Positions 49,900-63,401 of a DNA stretch of 64,000 nucleotides are shown piece by piece. Position numbers and translations under genes: made by a program. This stretch comes from Octopus sinensis (taxonomy: Eukaryota): positions 190,526,001-190,590,000 of the forward strand of contig NC_042997.1 in assembly GCF_006345805.1 (NCBI RefSeq), written 5' to 3'. The notes beneath the pieces are model-generated. The model saw only the letters and a program-made list of their open reading frames with translations. It had not been told where the DNA came from and ran no database searches. Each line of letters starts with the position of its first letter. Position 1 is the stretch's first letter.

Positions 49900-50370
49900 T
49901 TCCAGGTCCTTGCCTATGCTAGAATCATTATTATTAATATTATTACAAAGACAGTGGTTATTGCGTGGCTGCTCACTATGGATTCTTACCTCGAATTAGA
50001 GAGAACATTGGATGGAGCCAACACTTCAATGTTAAGACTTACACCTGAATATCATCTGGAGAGATCCTCTAACCAATGAGCGATTACATGGAAACATTCG
50101 TCTGGTATCAGACATTAGCAAAGAGTGTTGAGTCAGATTCGCAGGGCATTGCTGGGGAGCAGACGTCAAAATTGTTAGTGAAATTCTTTTGTTAGAGCCT
50201 ACAAGCGAAGGAGTTGGTCGTAGACCACAAGTTAAGATTTATATCAAGCAGATTTATGACGGAATAAACTGCAATCGCTCTGACCTGCTGAATATGATGG
50301 ACAATAGCACTGAATGGCGACAGAGAGTATCGGGAATCCATGCAAGCATCACGATTGGATGATGATGCTT
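49900..50370 (+). mobile_element. RTE-type LINE 3' fragment with (GAT)n tail
   Basis: LERTLDGANTSMLR..NI.WRDPLTNERLHGNI..RFAGHCW..RRPQVKIYIKQI..MMDNSTEWRQRV, then gatgatgatg. Confidence 0.75.
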
Positions 50371-50511
50371 GTGGTTAGTAGAATCGGTAGAGGGCCGCCT
50401 TTAACTTTTGATGACAAGTCAAATACTGAGATGGATTTGTGGCAGAATAAATCTTCCGTGAGTTTCCACAATGATCCTTCAGTTGTTCGACGAACTGAAC
50501 TTCATGTTTAT

Positions 50512-50770
50512 TGAGTACGTAAGTGGCTGCGTATACCATAGACACATATTCTTAACGTAATTCCCAATCTAGAACAGTGTGACAGGGCGAATTGTAGGCA
50601 AAGGCCATTGTAGTAGGCACGACAGGTTTCCATAGCTATTCCGTCCACCCAGTTCCGTTTACAATACTCGAGACGATGCGAAACCATTGCAAAAGGCACT
50701 CGTTCAAAATGTCAGTTATTGGAATCGAACTCAGGATCAGATAAGTGAGCTTTTTAACCGCTTAGTTACC
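50512..50770 (-). mobile_element. Old degenerate SINE
   Basis: Shares the tail cagacacatatnccttaacgta with 46010-46310; B-box-like gagttcgattcc. Confidence 0.5.
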
Positions 50771-50837
50771 ATATCTTTGTTTTGATTTCACTGACTACAC
50801 CATGCAACAACATCTTCTCCCTTATACTAATGCAAAA

Positions 50838-50838
50838 C

Positions 50839-50900
<62 letters not shown>

Positions 50901-51049
50901 CAGTAGTAGTAGTAGTAGTAGTAGTGGTGGTAGTGGTGGTGGTGGTGGTGGTAGTGGTGGTGGTGGTGGTGGTGGTGGTGGTGATGGTGGTAGTAGTAGT
51001 ATAGTAGTAGTGATGGTGGTGGTGGTGGTAGTAGTAGTAGTGGTGGTGA

Positions 51050-51095
<46 letters not shown>

Positions 51096-51264
51096 GGTGG
51101 TGGTGGTGATGGTGGTAGTAGTAGTAGCAGTGGTGATGGTGGTGGTGGTGATAGTAGTAGTAGTAGTAGTAGTGGTGATGGTGGTGGTGGTGGTGGTGAT
51201 GGTGGCGGTGGTACTAGTAGTAGTAGTAGTTAGTATTTGTAGTAGTAGTAGTAGTAGTAGTAGC

Positions 51265-51303
<39 letters not shown>
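50838..51303. repeat. (AGT)n/(GGT)n compound trinucleotide repeat
   Basis: Read directly. The poly-S/G/V and poly-L/P/T ORFs are repeat translations. Confidence 0.95.
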
Positions 51304-51305
<2 letters not shown>

Positions 51306-52522
51306 GAACAGCTGCAGCAACGGCAGCAGCGGCACATGAGAATCATCAGCATCAAAATTATTGCTGTGTTTATTGTATATAATCTGTAGTTTTCCCCTTG
51401 GCCTTTATTTGTTTTAAATATTTAAATATTTAATCGATAACCATTGGAAGGAAGAGAAGGTTAGATGCACCCAGGAAGTGCTTAGCTTACCACAGACTGA
51501 TGAGTTCGATATGATTGATGTTTATCGTGATCTTCAGTCGGTCGATATCTCAAGAGTAAAATATAAACAGTGGGAAAACAAAAAATTCCTGATGGCTGCG
51601 GTTCTGGAAAGAAAATATAAATATCTGTAATAAACACCTACAAGAAGGTATAAATAAATAAATAAATAAATATTTGTTAAATTAGACGTGTGATCGAATT
51701 CTGAACTCTCGAAGGGATTTAACCTCGTCTTGATCTCGGCTCTTATTGTTACTTTTATATATTGTAGTAAACGCATATACAGTAAACCTGTAAGGGAGAA
51801 AGGAAAAACATTAACAATTATGAATGAGCGGAGGGTAAAACTGATAGAGAGAGGAGAAACAAAAAAAAAAAGGAAGAGCTATTATGAAAAAATAAAAAAA
51901 AGTTCTCAACAAAATGTTGTATATAGTGAGATCCTGAGTTAATTCTTTTTATTATAACCACTGGTCTTCATATATTTTTCGATTAAATTTACATCTGCTG
52001 AGTTATATTTAATATTTAATATTTATAATACTGTTCCCAACACTATACGAAATCTAAATTCTAACTTTTCAACATGTATCGGCTCTCTTGTACATAAGCT
52101 TCCTCTGACATTTATTCTTGTACCTGCCAGTAATCAATTTGCGAATTTGCTATAAATGTATGCTTTTCTATATCATACATGAATTTCATTGAAAAAAATC
52201 TTCAATGCGGTTGCGTCAGGCATTACTAGAAAAATAAGAACATGATACAAAACGCTTCAAGTAAGATATAGGATCCCTAATGCCATTTCATGGACTTGCA
52301 TTTATTACTAACTGCTAAATTTGTGTTCCAAAAATTTATTCATTACTTATGTTTCGTAATACCTTATCATAAACTGCTAACGAAAATGGTAATTAAATAT
52401 TTTACGCTTATCAACTTGAAACGACGTCTAACTGCGACCTAATTCAAATTAAACCGTACACAGGGGTGCGCCATTATACAATTATAATAATTTATACCGT
52501 CCAAAGGACAGGTGCATTTGCA

Positions 52523-52560
<38 letters not shown>

Positions 52561-52673
52561 TGGCAAATACACCTGTCAAATATGTATATGCACCTGTCAT
52601 ATATGTATATATATATATATACATATACATATATACATATATATATATAATATATATTATATATATATATAAT

Positions 52674-53032
52674 ATACTAAGTAATTGAGGGTTAGCAACG
52701 ATTTGCCTCACCACACACCGAATTTTAGAATAGCAGTCAAAGAGTTATAGCTATTCTTTCTACTAAAAGGGAGATCTCAGTAAAACCACAGCACCTGAAA
52801 GGCAAACACAACAGGCAAGAGAGAAAGAAATGACAGCAATCTATCATACAATTTTAAGTCACCTACGGACGTACGTTTCGAGATTAAGTTTTAGGAAAGC
52901 ATAAGAATTAGATAATTATGTCTTACCCAACTTCTTCTCTCATCAGCGTAGGACACTACAATTATGAATAATTGTATATTAAATTTCGAGATACTAGAAG
53001 GCATCATCTCAACTCAGTATCAGAGCGAGCTA
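52674..53032 (-). mobile_element. F2 element, second locus
   Basis: Highly similar to 3623-3944, with the same 3' end in (TA)n. The 5' side abuts a SINE. Confidence 0.9.
52862..52952 (-). ncRNA. Type I hammerhead ribozyme (F2, copy 2)
   Basis: CCTACG-CTGATGA-GAGA...TCTC-GAAAC-GTAC-GTC-CGTAGG. Confidence 0.9.
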
Positions 53033-53034
53033 GT

Positions 53035-53318
53035 GTGTGTGGAGGCGCAATGGCCTAGTGGTTAGGGCAGCGGACCCGCGGTTGCAGGATCGCGGTTTCG
53101 ATTCCCAGACCGGGCGTTGTGTGTGTTTATTGAGCGATAACACCTAAAAGCTCCACGAGTCTCCGGCAGGGGTTGGTGATCCCTGCTGTACTCTTTCAAC
53201 ACTCTTTCTTTTGTTGGCCTGCTCGCTTAGCCAGCGAGGTGACGTCATACGAAGGCTAAAACAATGCGAACGCATTGTGACCAGCGATGTGTAACAACAT
53301 CTGATGGTCTGGTCGGTC
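53035..53318 (+). mobile_element. tRNA-derived SINE (C-type head, different tail)
   Basis: ggaggcgcaatggcctagtggttaggg..ggtttcgattccc. Confidence 0.85.
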
Positions 53319-53341
53319 ATATATATATATATATATATATA

Positions 53342-53805
53342 TAGAAGAATACAGTGTACGTTCAAACACAAAAGAGATACCCGAAGAATAGGATATCTGA
53401 CTCGCTAAAAAGAGCAGTTAAAACTCCAAGCCACCAATTGTTGTAATTCCGAAAGTGATTGAAAAATAAAAACTTTTACCTTAATCCTAGACCCTGCAAG
53501 GTTTCTGCAGACTTAAATACAGATTGAAATAAAATAATTTCAGTCTATATCTGGTGCTGCTTCTTCAGTAGGTTGCCAGGACTGAACACATAGGCACGGA
53601 GCGATAAATAACCCGCCACGTGTCTATAGGTTCTAATTTTTCGAATCTACCGCGCAGAAGCGGAACTTAACCAGCACTAAAAAAATGAATTGCCGATTTT
53701 CTTCCAGAATTAGCCCAAAAACATTTTATCATTAATTAAAATCATAGGGTAGCAAGAATATTCATCGAAAAATTCTTAGTTACCAGTGGTTTAACGAGAA
53801 AGAAT
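53342..53805 (-). mobile_element. PLE-related element carrying hammerhead F4
   Basis: Bounded by (TA)n on both sides; contains the HHR and a CTGCTCTTT box variant. The outer boundary is inferred from the microsatellites. Confidence 0.55.
53486..53572 (-). ncRNA. Type I hammerhead ribozyme with long helix II (F4)
   Basis: CCTA-CTGAAGA-a-GCAG..TATAGA c TGAAAT tatttt ATTTCA a TCTGTA..CTGC-a-GAAAC-CT TGCA GG-GTC-TAGG. Confidence 0.8.
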
Positions 53806-53809
53806 ATGT

Positions 53810-53858
<49 letters not shown>

Positions 53859-53978
53859 TAGACATATTATACATATATATACATATACATATACAATACA
53901 TACATTACATATACATACATACATATACATACATACATATACATATACATATATATATATATATATATATAATATATA

Positions 53979-54204
53979 GGCGAGCTGGTAGAATGGTTTG
54001 CACGCCGGGCGAAATGCGTCGCCGTATTTCGTCTGCCGTTACGTTCTGGGTTCAAATTCCGCCGAGGTCGACTTTGCCATTCATCCCTTCGGGGGTCGAT
54101 AAATAAGTACCAGTTACGCACTGGGGTCGATGTAATCGCTTAATGCCTTTGTATGTCTTTGTTTGTCCCTTCTGTGTTTAGCCCTTTGTGGGTAGTAAAG
54201 AAAT
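53979..54204 (+). mobile_element. tRNA-derived SINE (family B)
   Basis: As for 9728-9962. Confidence 0.9.
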
Positions 54205-54633
54205 ATATACATATATATATATATATATATATTATATATTAATATATATATATATATATATATGCATACACACACAATCCAACGATGGCATAGGTGGCCG
54301 AAACTTCAAAGTTACTGTCAACAACATTCTTGTATAAGAATAATAAATTTGTACCCCACACAAGTATAGAATAAGACATCCGATTAATGTAAAAAAAATT
54401 ATTATAACTGAAGATAAATACAAACATTAATACACACCACACCCAAACACAGCCAAACAAACACACACGCACACACACTAAGACACATATGCACACACAC
54501 ACAGACATATATATATATATGCATGTATATGTGTGTGTGTGTGGATATAAGTATGTATATAATTGTGTATGTTTATGTATATATAAATATATATATATAT
54601 CATATGTTATACATATGATACATATATGTATCG

Positions 54634-54665
<32 letters not shown>

Positions 54666-55138
54666 CATATGTATATATATATGATACATATATATTATAT
54701 AATATATATATATATATATATAATATAATATATATATAGCCGACCCGCATACTATATACATACACACACACACACATACACACACACCACACACACACAC
54801 ACACACACACTATTGTGTGAGCGTGCAGCTTTTTGTGTTTATCGCTACTGTGACCTTGTCAGCTACAAGCACAATACAATGAAATCCTAGAAACAAGCAA
54901 TGCTTTGAAGTTTTTATTTCTTCAATTCAGTTGCGAAGCGTCGTTTTCCTTAAAATGAAAAACACTTGCAAGAGCCTCTAGTGCAAATATGTCTCTTTAC
55001 ATATGTGGGTATGCGCGTGCGCGCACCCGACTGCATTAATGGATGCGTTTGAGTATATCTGTGAAATGTAGCCATGGAGGTCTGGACAGCTTAATGGGTT
55101 TGGGCGAGGTGGCTTGAGACTGAGCGAAGTACACTTCC

Positions 55139-55367
55139 ATTTCTTTACTACCCACAAGGGGCTAAATACGGAGGAGACGAACAAGGACAGACAAACAGAT
55201 TAAGTCGATTATATCGACCCCAGTGCGTAACTGGTACTTATTTGATCGACCCCGAAAGGATGAAAGGCAAAGTCGACCTCGGCGGAATTTGAACTCAGAA
55301 CGTAACGGCAGACGAAATACCGCTAAGCATTTCGCCTGGAGCGCTAACGTCTCTGCCAGCTCGCCGT
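55139..55367 (-). mobile_element. tRNA-derived SINE (family B)
   Basis: Reverse complement of 9728-9962. Confidence 0.9.
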
Positions 55368-55694
55368 CGAATGAAAAGACGTACCGTGTATTTTGACAGG
55401 GTCGGAGGTTGTAGGATGGAAAGTTCGGTCGAGGTGGTTGTGAACCTTTCGAAGAGAAGAGAAGCAAATTTCGAGTGAACGAATTCAGAAAAGGGTTGAG
55501 GAATAAGATGAAAGTTTTCAGTAATTAGCGGAAGCGGGAGTTGACGCCAACGCAGTCATCTATTCCACAACTGTATAATTTGGAGCACGTCCGATGAATT
55601 GTTGCAACATGGGACTTGAGAAATAGTGAACAAATAGGTTTCCATAACTGAGACCCATTCTTGTTACCGTAATAACTCAAGGTACACGTTCGTA

Positions 55695-56103
55695 GGCTTC
55701 AACCGCGAAAGGGAAGGACTCAAGCGCGAAAGGGAAGGCGTCAACCGCGAAAGGAAAGGCGTCAATCGCGAAAGGGAAGGCCTCAACCGCGAAAAGAAAG
55801 GCCTCAACCGCAAAAGGGAAGGCGTCAACCGCGAAACGGAAGGCGTCAACCGCGAAAGGGAAGGCGTTAACCGCGAAAGAGAAGGCCTCAACCGCGAAAG
55901 GGAAGGCGTCAACCGCGAAAGGGAAGGCCTGAACCGCGAAAGGGAAGGCGTCAACCGCGAAAGGGAAGGCTTGAACCGCGAAAGGGAAGGCATCAACCGC
56001 GAAAGGGAAGGCCTGAACCGCGAAAGGGAAGGCGTCAACCGCGAAAGGGAAGGCCTCAACCGCGAAAGGGAAGTCTTCAACCGCGAAAGGGAAGGCTTCA
56101 ACC
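55695..56103. repeat. 21-bp minisatellite, ~19.5 units (aaccgcgaaagggaaggcNtN), open in several frames
   Basis: The + frame 55638-56156 reads ([VLIF]NREREG)n; the minus-strand ORFs 55664-56302 and 55677-56108 are also open. Confidence 0.95.
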
Positions 56104-56641
56104 GGCAAACAAGAAATGGGAGCGCGTACAAGATTGATGGATGGTACAACAGCTGAAGAAGTACTGGGGAGTGTGAGCAGGAGAGTGCCATTACGAAAAA
56201 CAACACTATAAAAGAATTAAGTACCCAATGTGAAGAGTGTGCAGGAAATGCCAGAAGGAAAGGAAAAGTAGTTGAATATTCACAGGGCCTAGATGCTGTC
56301 ATGGATATGAAAGAGGACGGAAACAGAAAAGCGTAAAAGGATCAGGCACATGGATATCAGTTTCATTGGGTGGAGACTGTGGGTCATTCAGGGCTGTTAG
56401 GTTCATCAATGTATATATATATATGTTTTTGTATGTTATATGTTGGCATGCTTATAACGGCTTATATATGACATCTGTGTTTAGAAATGTGTTGGCTTTG
56501 ATAAGAAGTATTATTGAACTTGGAACTTGTCTCTTTCAAATTAATACTTTAATCTAATCGCTCGATAAACTGAGCCCTACGATGTTCTTTCTTGAAAAGA
56601 GTTCACCTCTATAAGTTTTCATTACCTATATATATATATAA

Positions 56642-56695
<54 letters not shown>

Positions 56696-56884
56696 GTGCG
56701 TGTGTGTGTATGTATAAAGATGAAAGATATGTTTATAAATATATAGCGACACAGACACACACAAAATATATAATATATAATTTATAACATATATATATTA
56801 TATATTATATAATTTGTGTGTGTGTGTGTGTGTATGTGTTTGTGTGTAGCTATATATTTATAAATATATCCTTCATCTTGTTTT

Positions 56885-57060
56885 CGGGTTTCAGTCACTA
56901 GACTGCTGCTAGAAAAACGCCTGAAGAATTCTAATCGGACGAATCAACCCCGGTCCTTTCTTTAAACTGCGTACTTATTCTATTGAACCGCTACGCTGCA
57001 GGGACATAAACAGATCGATACTGGTTGTCCCGCGGTTGGGGACAAATACAGAGAAACCAC
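56885..57060 (-). mobile_element. Degenerate SINE family A 3' fragment
   Basis: ttcagtcactagactgctgc..gaaccgcta..gggacataaaca. Confidence 0.6.
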
Positions 57061-57106
57061 ACACTCACACACACACACACACATGTATATATGTAATATA
57101 TGTGTG

Positions 57107-57144
<38 letters not shown>

Positions 57145-57393
57145 CATACATACGTATATATATTATGTATATATATACATATACATACATACATACATAC
57201 ATATATATTATGTATATATATATATATATAACACGCACACATGACGTACTTCTTATGTTTCCGCCTACCAAGTCCTAATATGTGCCCAAGGTGCCACATA
57301 TTAGGACTTACTTCTCAATCATGGGCAGATGGAAAGTAAACTTACCCAATACCTAGACCTGCGCCTATATATATATTATATATAATATATATA

Positions 57394-57437
<44 letters not shown>

Positions 57438-57443
<6 letters not shown>

Positions 57444-57668
57444 GGGGCAGGAAACAGGTTGCTTAGCCACATACCGAAAAATAAGAAATAGCAGTTAAAG
57501 ACTCTTTGTTTCTATTTTCTACAAATGAGACTTCACTTTGCATATGTGAATTGCAGGGATATGTCGTATGTGGAGTCTCATTTGTAGAAAATAGAAATAA
57601 ACAGTATTTGACTGCTATTTCTAATTTTTCGGTACGTGGGTAAGCAACCTGTTTTCTGCCCCCTTTTA
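57438..57668. repeat. Fold-back (~99-bp arms, 33-nt spacer) of an F1/F2-related 3' terminus, no ribozyme
   Basis: Arms 57438-57536 and 57570-57668 each carry the CTGCTATTT box and a ..cccctt end. Confidence 0.85.
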
Positions 57669-57807
57669 TTCATATACAAAAATATATATTGGACTTTTTA
57701 TATAGAAGTTCCTACCGTTAATGGTTATATTTACATGCTGAAATCTACCCGTAAATAATTGTTGGTTTTTTTAAAAAACTATTAAAACTATTATTTACTC
57801 TTATTAT

Positions 57808-57907
<100 letters not shown>

Positions 57908-58499
57908 CTAGTTCAGGATTTAAAACTCTTCAGATGTAGGAACTCTGATTAGATTTATATTATATAATAATATATTGCAAGGACAAAAGCCGGTGCAAAA
58001 GAACCACAGCATTTTGTTGGTAGGGTATTAAAAGAAAACAACTGACAGAAAAATAAATAAGCAAACATAGCAAATTACACACGGACAAGAACAACTACTT
58101 TTACATCAACAACATTAATTCACTGCAAAAGCGAAATGAGCAACAGCAGCCACAGCAACAACAACAACAACAACAGCAACTAGGATGAAAAATAAAAAAC
58201 ATGACAGTATAAATGTAAAGTAGCAGAGATTATTAATATATATGAAAGAAAAGAAAAAAACATAATGTTAAAGGAAGTGGTAAGAGCAACAAGACCAAAA
58301 AAAAAAAATGAACTCCAGATTTGAGCGATGGGTGGTATGGTCGTTAGATTATTAACAATAATGGGTGGTGCTTTGAACAGACACGATTGTGTATGAAGTG
58401 ACAAAGAAGACAGGAAAAAAAAGGCCTATAAAATAGACTTCTTAGACAGTGCAAGGGATTTTTTTTCAGAAAAAAAAATGTACCTATAATAATAGCATT

Positions 58500-58680
58500 A
58501 ATTGTGATGACGATAATAATAATAATAATTATAATAATGATAATAATAATAATAATAATAATAACAATAAAATAATAATAATAATAATAATAACAACACT
58601 AATAAAAATAATAATAATAACATAATAATAATAAATAACAATAATAATAACAATAATAATAATAAAATAATAATAATAAC

Positions 58681-58711
<31 letters not shown>

Positions 58712-58897
58712 TAATATATAAATAACAATAATAATAATAACAATAAATAATAATAATAATAACAATAATAATAAATAACAATAATAATAATAATAATAAC
58801 AATAATAAACAATAACATACATAATAATAATAATAATAACAATACATAATAATAATAATAATAATACATATAAATAATATAATAATAATAATAAAAC

Positions 58898-58929
<32 letters not shown>

Positions 58930-58934
58930 AATAC

Positions 58935-58966
<32 letters not shown>

Positions 58967-59018
58967 TAATAATAATAATAACAATAATATATAAATAATA
59001 ATAATAACAATATAAAAT

Positions 59019-59050
<32 letters not shown>

Positions 59051-59185
59051 TAATACAAAATAAAAACACAATATCATAAAATAAAAATAATAATAAAATA
59101 ATAATAATAATACATAAATATAATAATATATAATAATAATAATAATATATATAAAAATAAAAATAATAAATATAATAATAATAAG
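58500..59185. repeat. Long degenerate (AAT)n microsatellite
   Basis: Read directly. Confidence 0.95.
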
Positions 59186-59570
59186 ATCAATGTTAGTAAA
59201 TGTGTTGTTGTTGCGGTTGTTGTTGTTTTTGCAGTTGTTATTATTTCATTTACGCACAACAAATTAGACTGTTAGCAAAAAAAATCATAATATCAGACTA
59301 CGACAAGTAACTTTAGATGCCTAGAACCTTCCCAAATGTCCAAGTTGTACCTAATAATATTGTTTTCTGGAGTTTCACTAAACTAGATTTTATGCCAATT
59401 TCCTCTATCCATCTTTTCAAATCTTTAGAAATAGTTCCAAATGCCCCCAAAACTGCAGGGATATATTATTCTACCAGCCCTTTCCATAGCCTATGTAACC
59501 CAATGGCCATCCTTGTACGTTGCTATTTTGTCTGTACCTCTAATATTAACTTTCCCATCACTTGGGGTTC

Positions 59571-59750
59571 TTTTACTCTTTTACCCTTTTACCTGTTTCA
59601 GTCATTTGAATGTGGCCATGCCGGAACACCGCGACTCGACCCCAGGACTTATTCTTTGTAAGCCTAGTACTTATTCTATCGGTCTTTTGCCGAACCGCTA
59701 AGTTACGGGGACGTAAATACACCAGCATCGGTTGTCAGCTGTTCTGGGAT
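59571..59750 (-). mobile_element. SINE family A 3' half
   Basis: ttttactc..tgtttcagtcatttga..gccgaaccgctaagttacgggg. Confidence 0.85.
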
Positions 59751-60158
59751 GGACATCAATATGTTCTGTTATGTCAGAGGCCTTGCAACGAAGATTGCTC
59801 TTCACACTTCACTTAACAAAGCAATGAGTCCTGTCAGAGGGCTCTGGTCGACTAGGGCGAGGTGATGTGGACTCCCTCCCTTCTCTGGATAATTAAACAG
59901 TCCTTCTATTAATTATAGAAAACGGGTTCCTTAGGTCTTCTGCTTTTTACGCTAACTCCACCTTCAGATTGAACCACAAAACGGGCTCTTTGAAATTAGG
60001 GCTGATCCAAGTCTTCTTTTGTACGCAGCATGAATTAACAGTCACACATAGAACCTGAAACATAACAATGTCAATTAATAAAAAATATAAACATTTTGAA
60101 GTTAAAATAACATAAAACGATGTTTTATGAATGTCTATTTACTTCTGTAGTGTCTGTG

Positions 60159-60198
<40 letters not shown>

Positions 60199-60582
60199 TA
60201 TTATTTGCAGTTTTGCCTGAGGAATTTCTTTTAGAAGAGATCTTTCCTTTTTCTACTGTACAATTTCATAACTCCTATTTCCAAATGAAACATATGTAGT
60301 GGTGAATAAATATCAAACATTTTTCCAATCTCCTCTTCTCATATATAATTACTCGGCAACAAATATTTCCCCGAATTCCTAACTCTTCTACATACCTCTC
60401 ACAAATATAACATCACAGTACCTTTGGATACTGCAATTAGCAGATGTGCATCCAGAGGAAACAGTTAGTACTTCACCCTATCAACATAATATATATGTAT
60501 ATATAATCAAAATAAGCAACAAGGATATCCAAGGAAGTGTAGTACAATTGTTTCAAGCTACTTCATTTTATTAAACACTGTA

Positions 60583-62345
60583 TTACATCATGGTTTCCTG
60601 GTCTCTTGTTCTAAAGGTTCTAAGAATCCATCCTGTCAGCCGCCTACATTTCATTGCCAGTTTAGCAACATGCACATGAAAGGTTGCATCATCACTCATG
60701 TAAATACCCAGGTCTCGCACTGATTGTGCCTCTGGGATTGCAATCCCTCTAGGTCCAGTGTATTTATTGGGTATTGCATTTAGTTTTGCATGCTGATAGT
60801 ATAAAGCTTGAAACTTTTCAGCATTGAACTGCATGCTATTCTTTTCAGCCCACTTGTATATTTTGTCCAGCTCACATTGCAGGTGCTTAGTGTCTTCAGG
60901 GTTCTGTATTGCCTGTGAAACGTTTGTATCATCTGCATAACTTGTGATCGTGGTTCTCTGCGTGGCTGAGGGGGCCATTATGAACAGTAGTGGTCCTAGA
61001 ACAGTGCCTTGCGGAACACCGCTCACTATTTGCGTGTTAATGGAAGTGGCCCCATTGGCTACTACAACCTAACTTCTATCCTTCAGAAAGTCATGAAGCC
61101 ATTCTCCCAATTTTCCAACTATGCCAAGATCACGCAGTTTGTGACATATCATTCCATGATCGACTTTATCAAAGGCCTTTGCAAAGTCGAGATATATGAC
61201 TTCCACATTTGAGTGGTTGAGCAGTCGTTTCAACACCCGGTCATAGTGTTGTGGGAGCTGAATTAAGCAGCTTCTTCCTGGTCGGAAACCATGTTGGGTG
61301 TCAGGCAGCAAGTCATTTTCTTCAAGGAAGGTGATTAGTTTCCTTCTGACTATTCGTTCCATGACCTTGCTGATGTGTGAGGTCAGATAGATAGTCTGTA
61401 GTTCTTGCCTCCGCTCTGCTACCTCCTTTATGATAGGGCATATTTTACTTTCCTTCAGTTTTCTTGGAAGTTTGCCAGTTGCAAGGAAGCTCTGAAAGAG
61501 GAACTGCAGTGGTTTTGCTAGGACTCTCTTACATACTTTTAGAAAGATTGCTGGGAATCTGTCGGGGCCAGTAGCTGAGTTTGTTTTCATTTCATCAATA
61601 GCCTTTATTACATCTTCTTCCTTTATATCGCTGCCTCAGTGGTAAAGAAGTCAGTTGGATTGCTGACTTGAAAATGCCCTAGGGGTGGAGTGAAAATACT
61701 CTTGAATTGCTCATTTAGTATTTCACTTACCCTCATTGGATTTCCTGTGAGTGTGCCGTCCTTTTCAAGGAGTGGCTCTTGCAGACATTTTTCAATTTCC
61801 AACAGTTTTATTTTTAGGCGGGACTTTTCACTGCTTTCAATTTGTTTGTTTAGGCGATTTGAAATTTTTGTACGCCGTCTCATTAGAATTTTCCTCTCTC
61901 TGGGGATTTTGCTCTTGTGTACAGTGGCCTTTCTCTCTGGGACACATTTGTAGCATATGGCTTGCATTACAGACATAAATTGTTGAAGTTTTATGTCGAT
62001 ATCTGGCGAGGATAGATATTCAGGCCAGTTTTGTTTGAGGATCTCTTTCTCAATTTGTTTCCAGTTTTCCTTATGGAAGTTCACGCTGGAAAGATTCTGA
62101 GAGTTTCTTGTAGGCTGCATGTCCATGCTTTCCTTTGGCCCGTACATGGTCAGCTCTACCATGTTGTGATCCGAGAGTAGAGTCGGCGTCACTTTCACAT
62201 TATGGATGAGATCCATATTATTTGTGAAGCAGAGATCCAGTACGTTACCTGCCCTGGTTGGTTGGAGTATTACTTGCTCCATGTACAGAGTGTTGATGAG
62301 GTTCAGGAGGGACCTTGCCTGTCCTCGTTCACATCGTGTCATTCT
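60583..62345 (-). mobile_element. CR1/L2-type LINE ORF2 fragment (APE end plus RT), frameshifted and truncated at both ends
   Basis: QPTRAGNVLDLCFTN..LSDHNMV; SATGPDRFP; QHGFRPGRSCL; IYLDFAKAFDKVDHG; SGVPQGTVLGPLLF; YADDT. Confidence 0.95.
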
Positions 62346-62783
62346 TGGGAGAGAAAGTCCCTCGGGCCATATATACAATCTAAATTAATATGTGCCTACT
62401 TATTTATTTATTGATTTATTTATATTCAGATCTTCTATATACTCTAAAATTATTTTCCACTTACATAATTCTGTGCCCCACCTATTCTAGTTTTTTACAT
62501 ACAACTAAACAAAATACTTTCCTTTCTCTTGTATTTATGAGAATGTATACATACACACACAAACGTAAGTAATTTATTAATTATTGGTATATGAAGATAT
62601 ATTTTAGGCGTGTATGTATGTGGAAGTGCATTTATGTACTATGTATGTGTATGAGTAGATGTATGCATGTCTATGTGTGTATCAGCATGTCTGTATATGT
62701 ATGTATGTATATATACATATGTGAGTGTGTGCACATGTACGTGAGTGTGCATATGTGTATATATGTGTTTTTATGTAAGTGTG

Positions 62784-62823
<40 letters not shown>

Positions 62824-62995
62824 GAGCAGATGCACATACATATGAGTACGCGAGCGTGTATGCATTCACGCCTGTGTATGTATATATATATGTGCGTGTG
62901 CGTATGTGTATACATGCATTCTGGGATATATATGTATATGTGTGTGTGCATATGTATGCGTACGTATGAACGTGTGTGTGTGTATATATATATAC

Positions 62996-63041
<46 letters not shown>

Positions 63042-63401
63042 ATATATATATATATATACTAATATACGTGCATATGTGTGTTTATGCGTGCATATATGTG
63101 GATAAAATATATATAGTAATAAATATGTGTGTGTGTGTGCCTGTGTGCACGCATATATATGAGTATATGTGTAATACATATAATTAATAATTATTATTAA
63201 AAACCTTGTTTCGATTAAAGCTAAATTATAACTGTCTAAAAGACAATATAAAATATAATGTATTACAACTTACATGTTATCTGGACGAGGTTCAGTCAAC
63301 TAATTTCTCAAAAGACTGTCTTAACTATTGGTGACGTAGTTCGCAGTATCAAATGTCTTTACCTATTTTGGTGACGTGGAACACCACCTTCAGTGGAGTA
63401 A

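Noticed and set aside
50766-51339. 185-189-aa poly-S/G/V and poly-L/T/P ORFs
   Set aside because: Pure (AGT)/(GGT) trinucleotide repeat.
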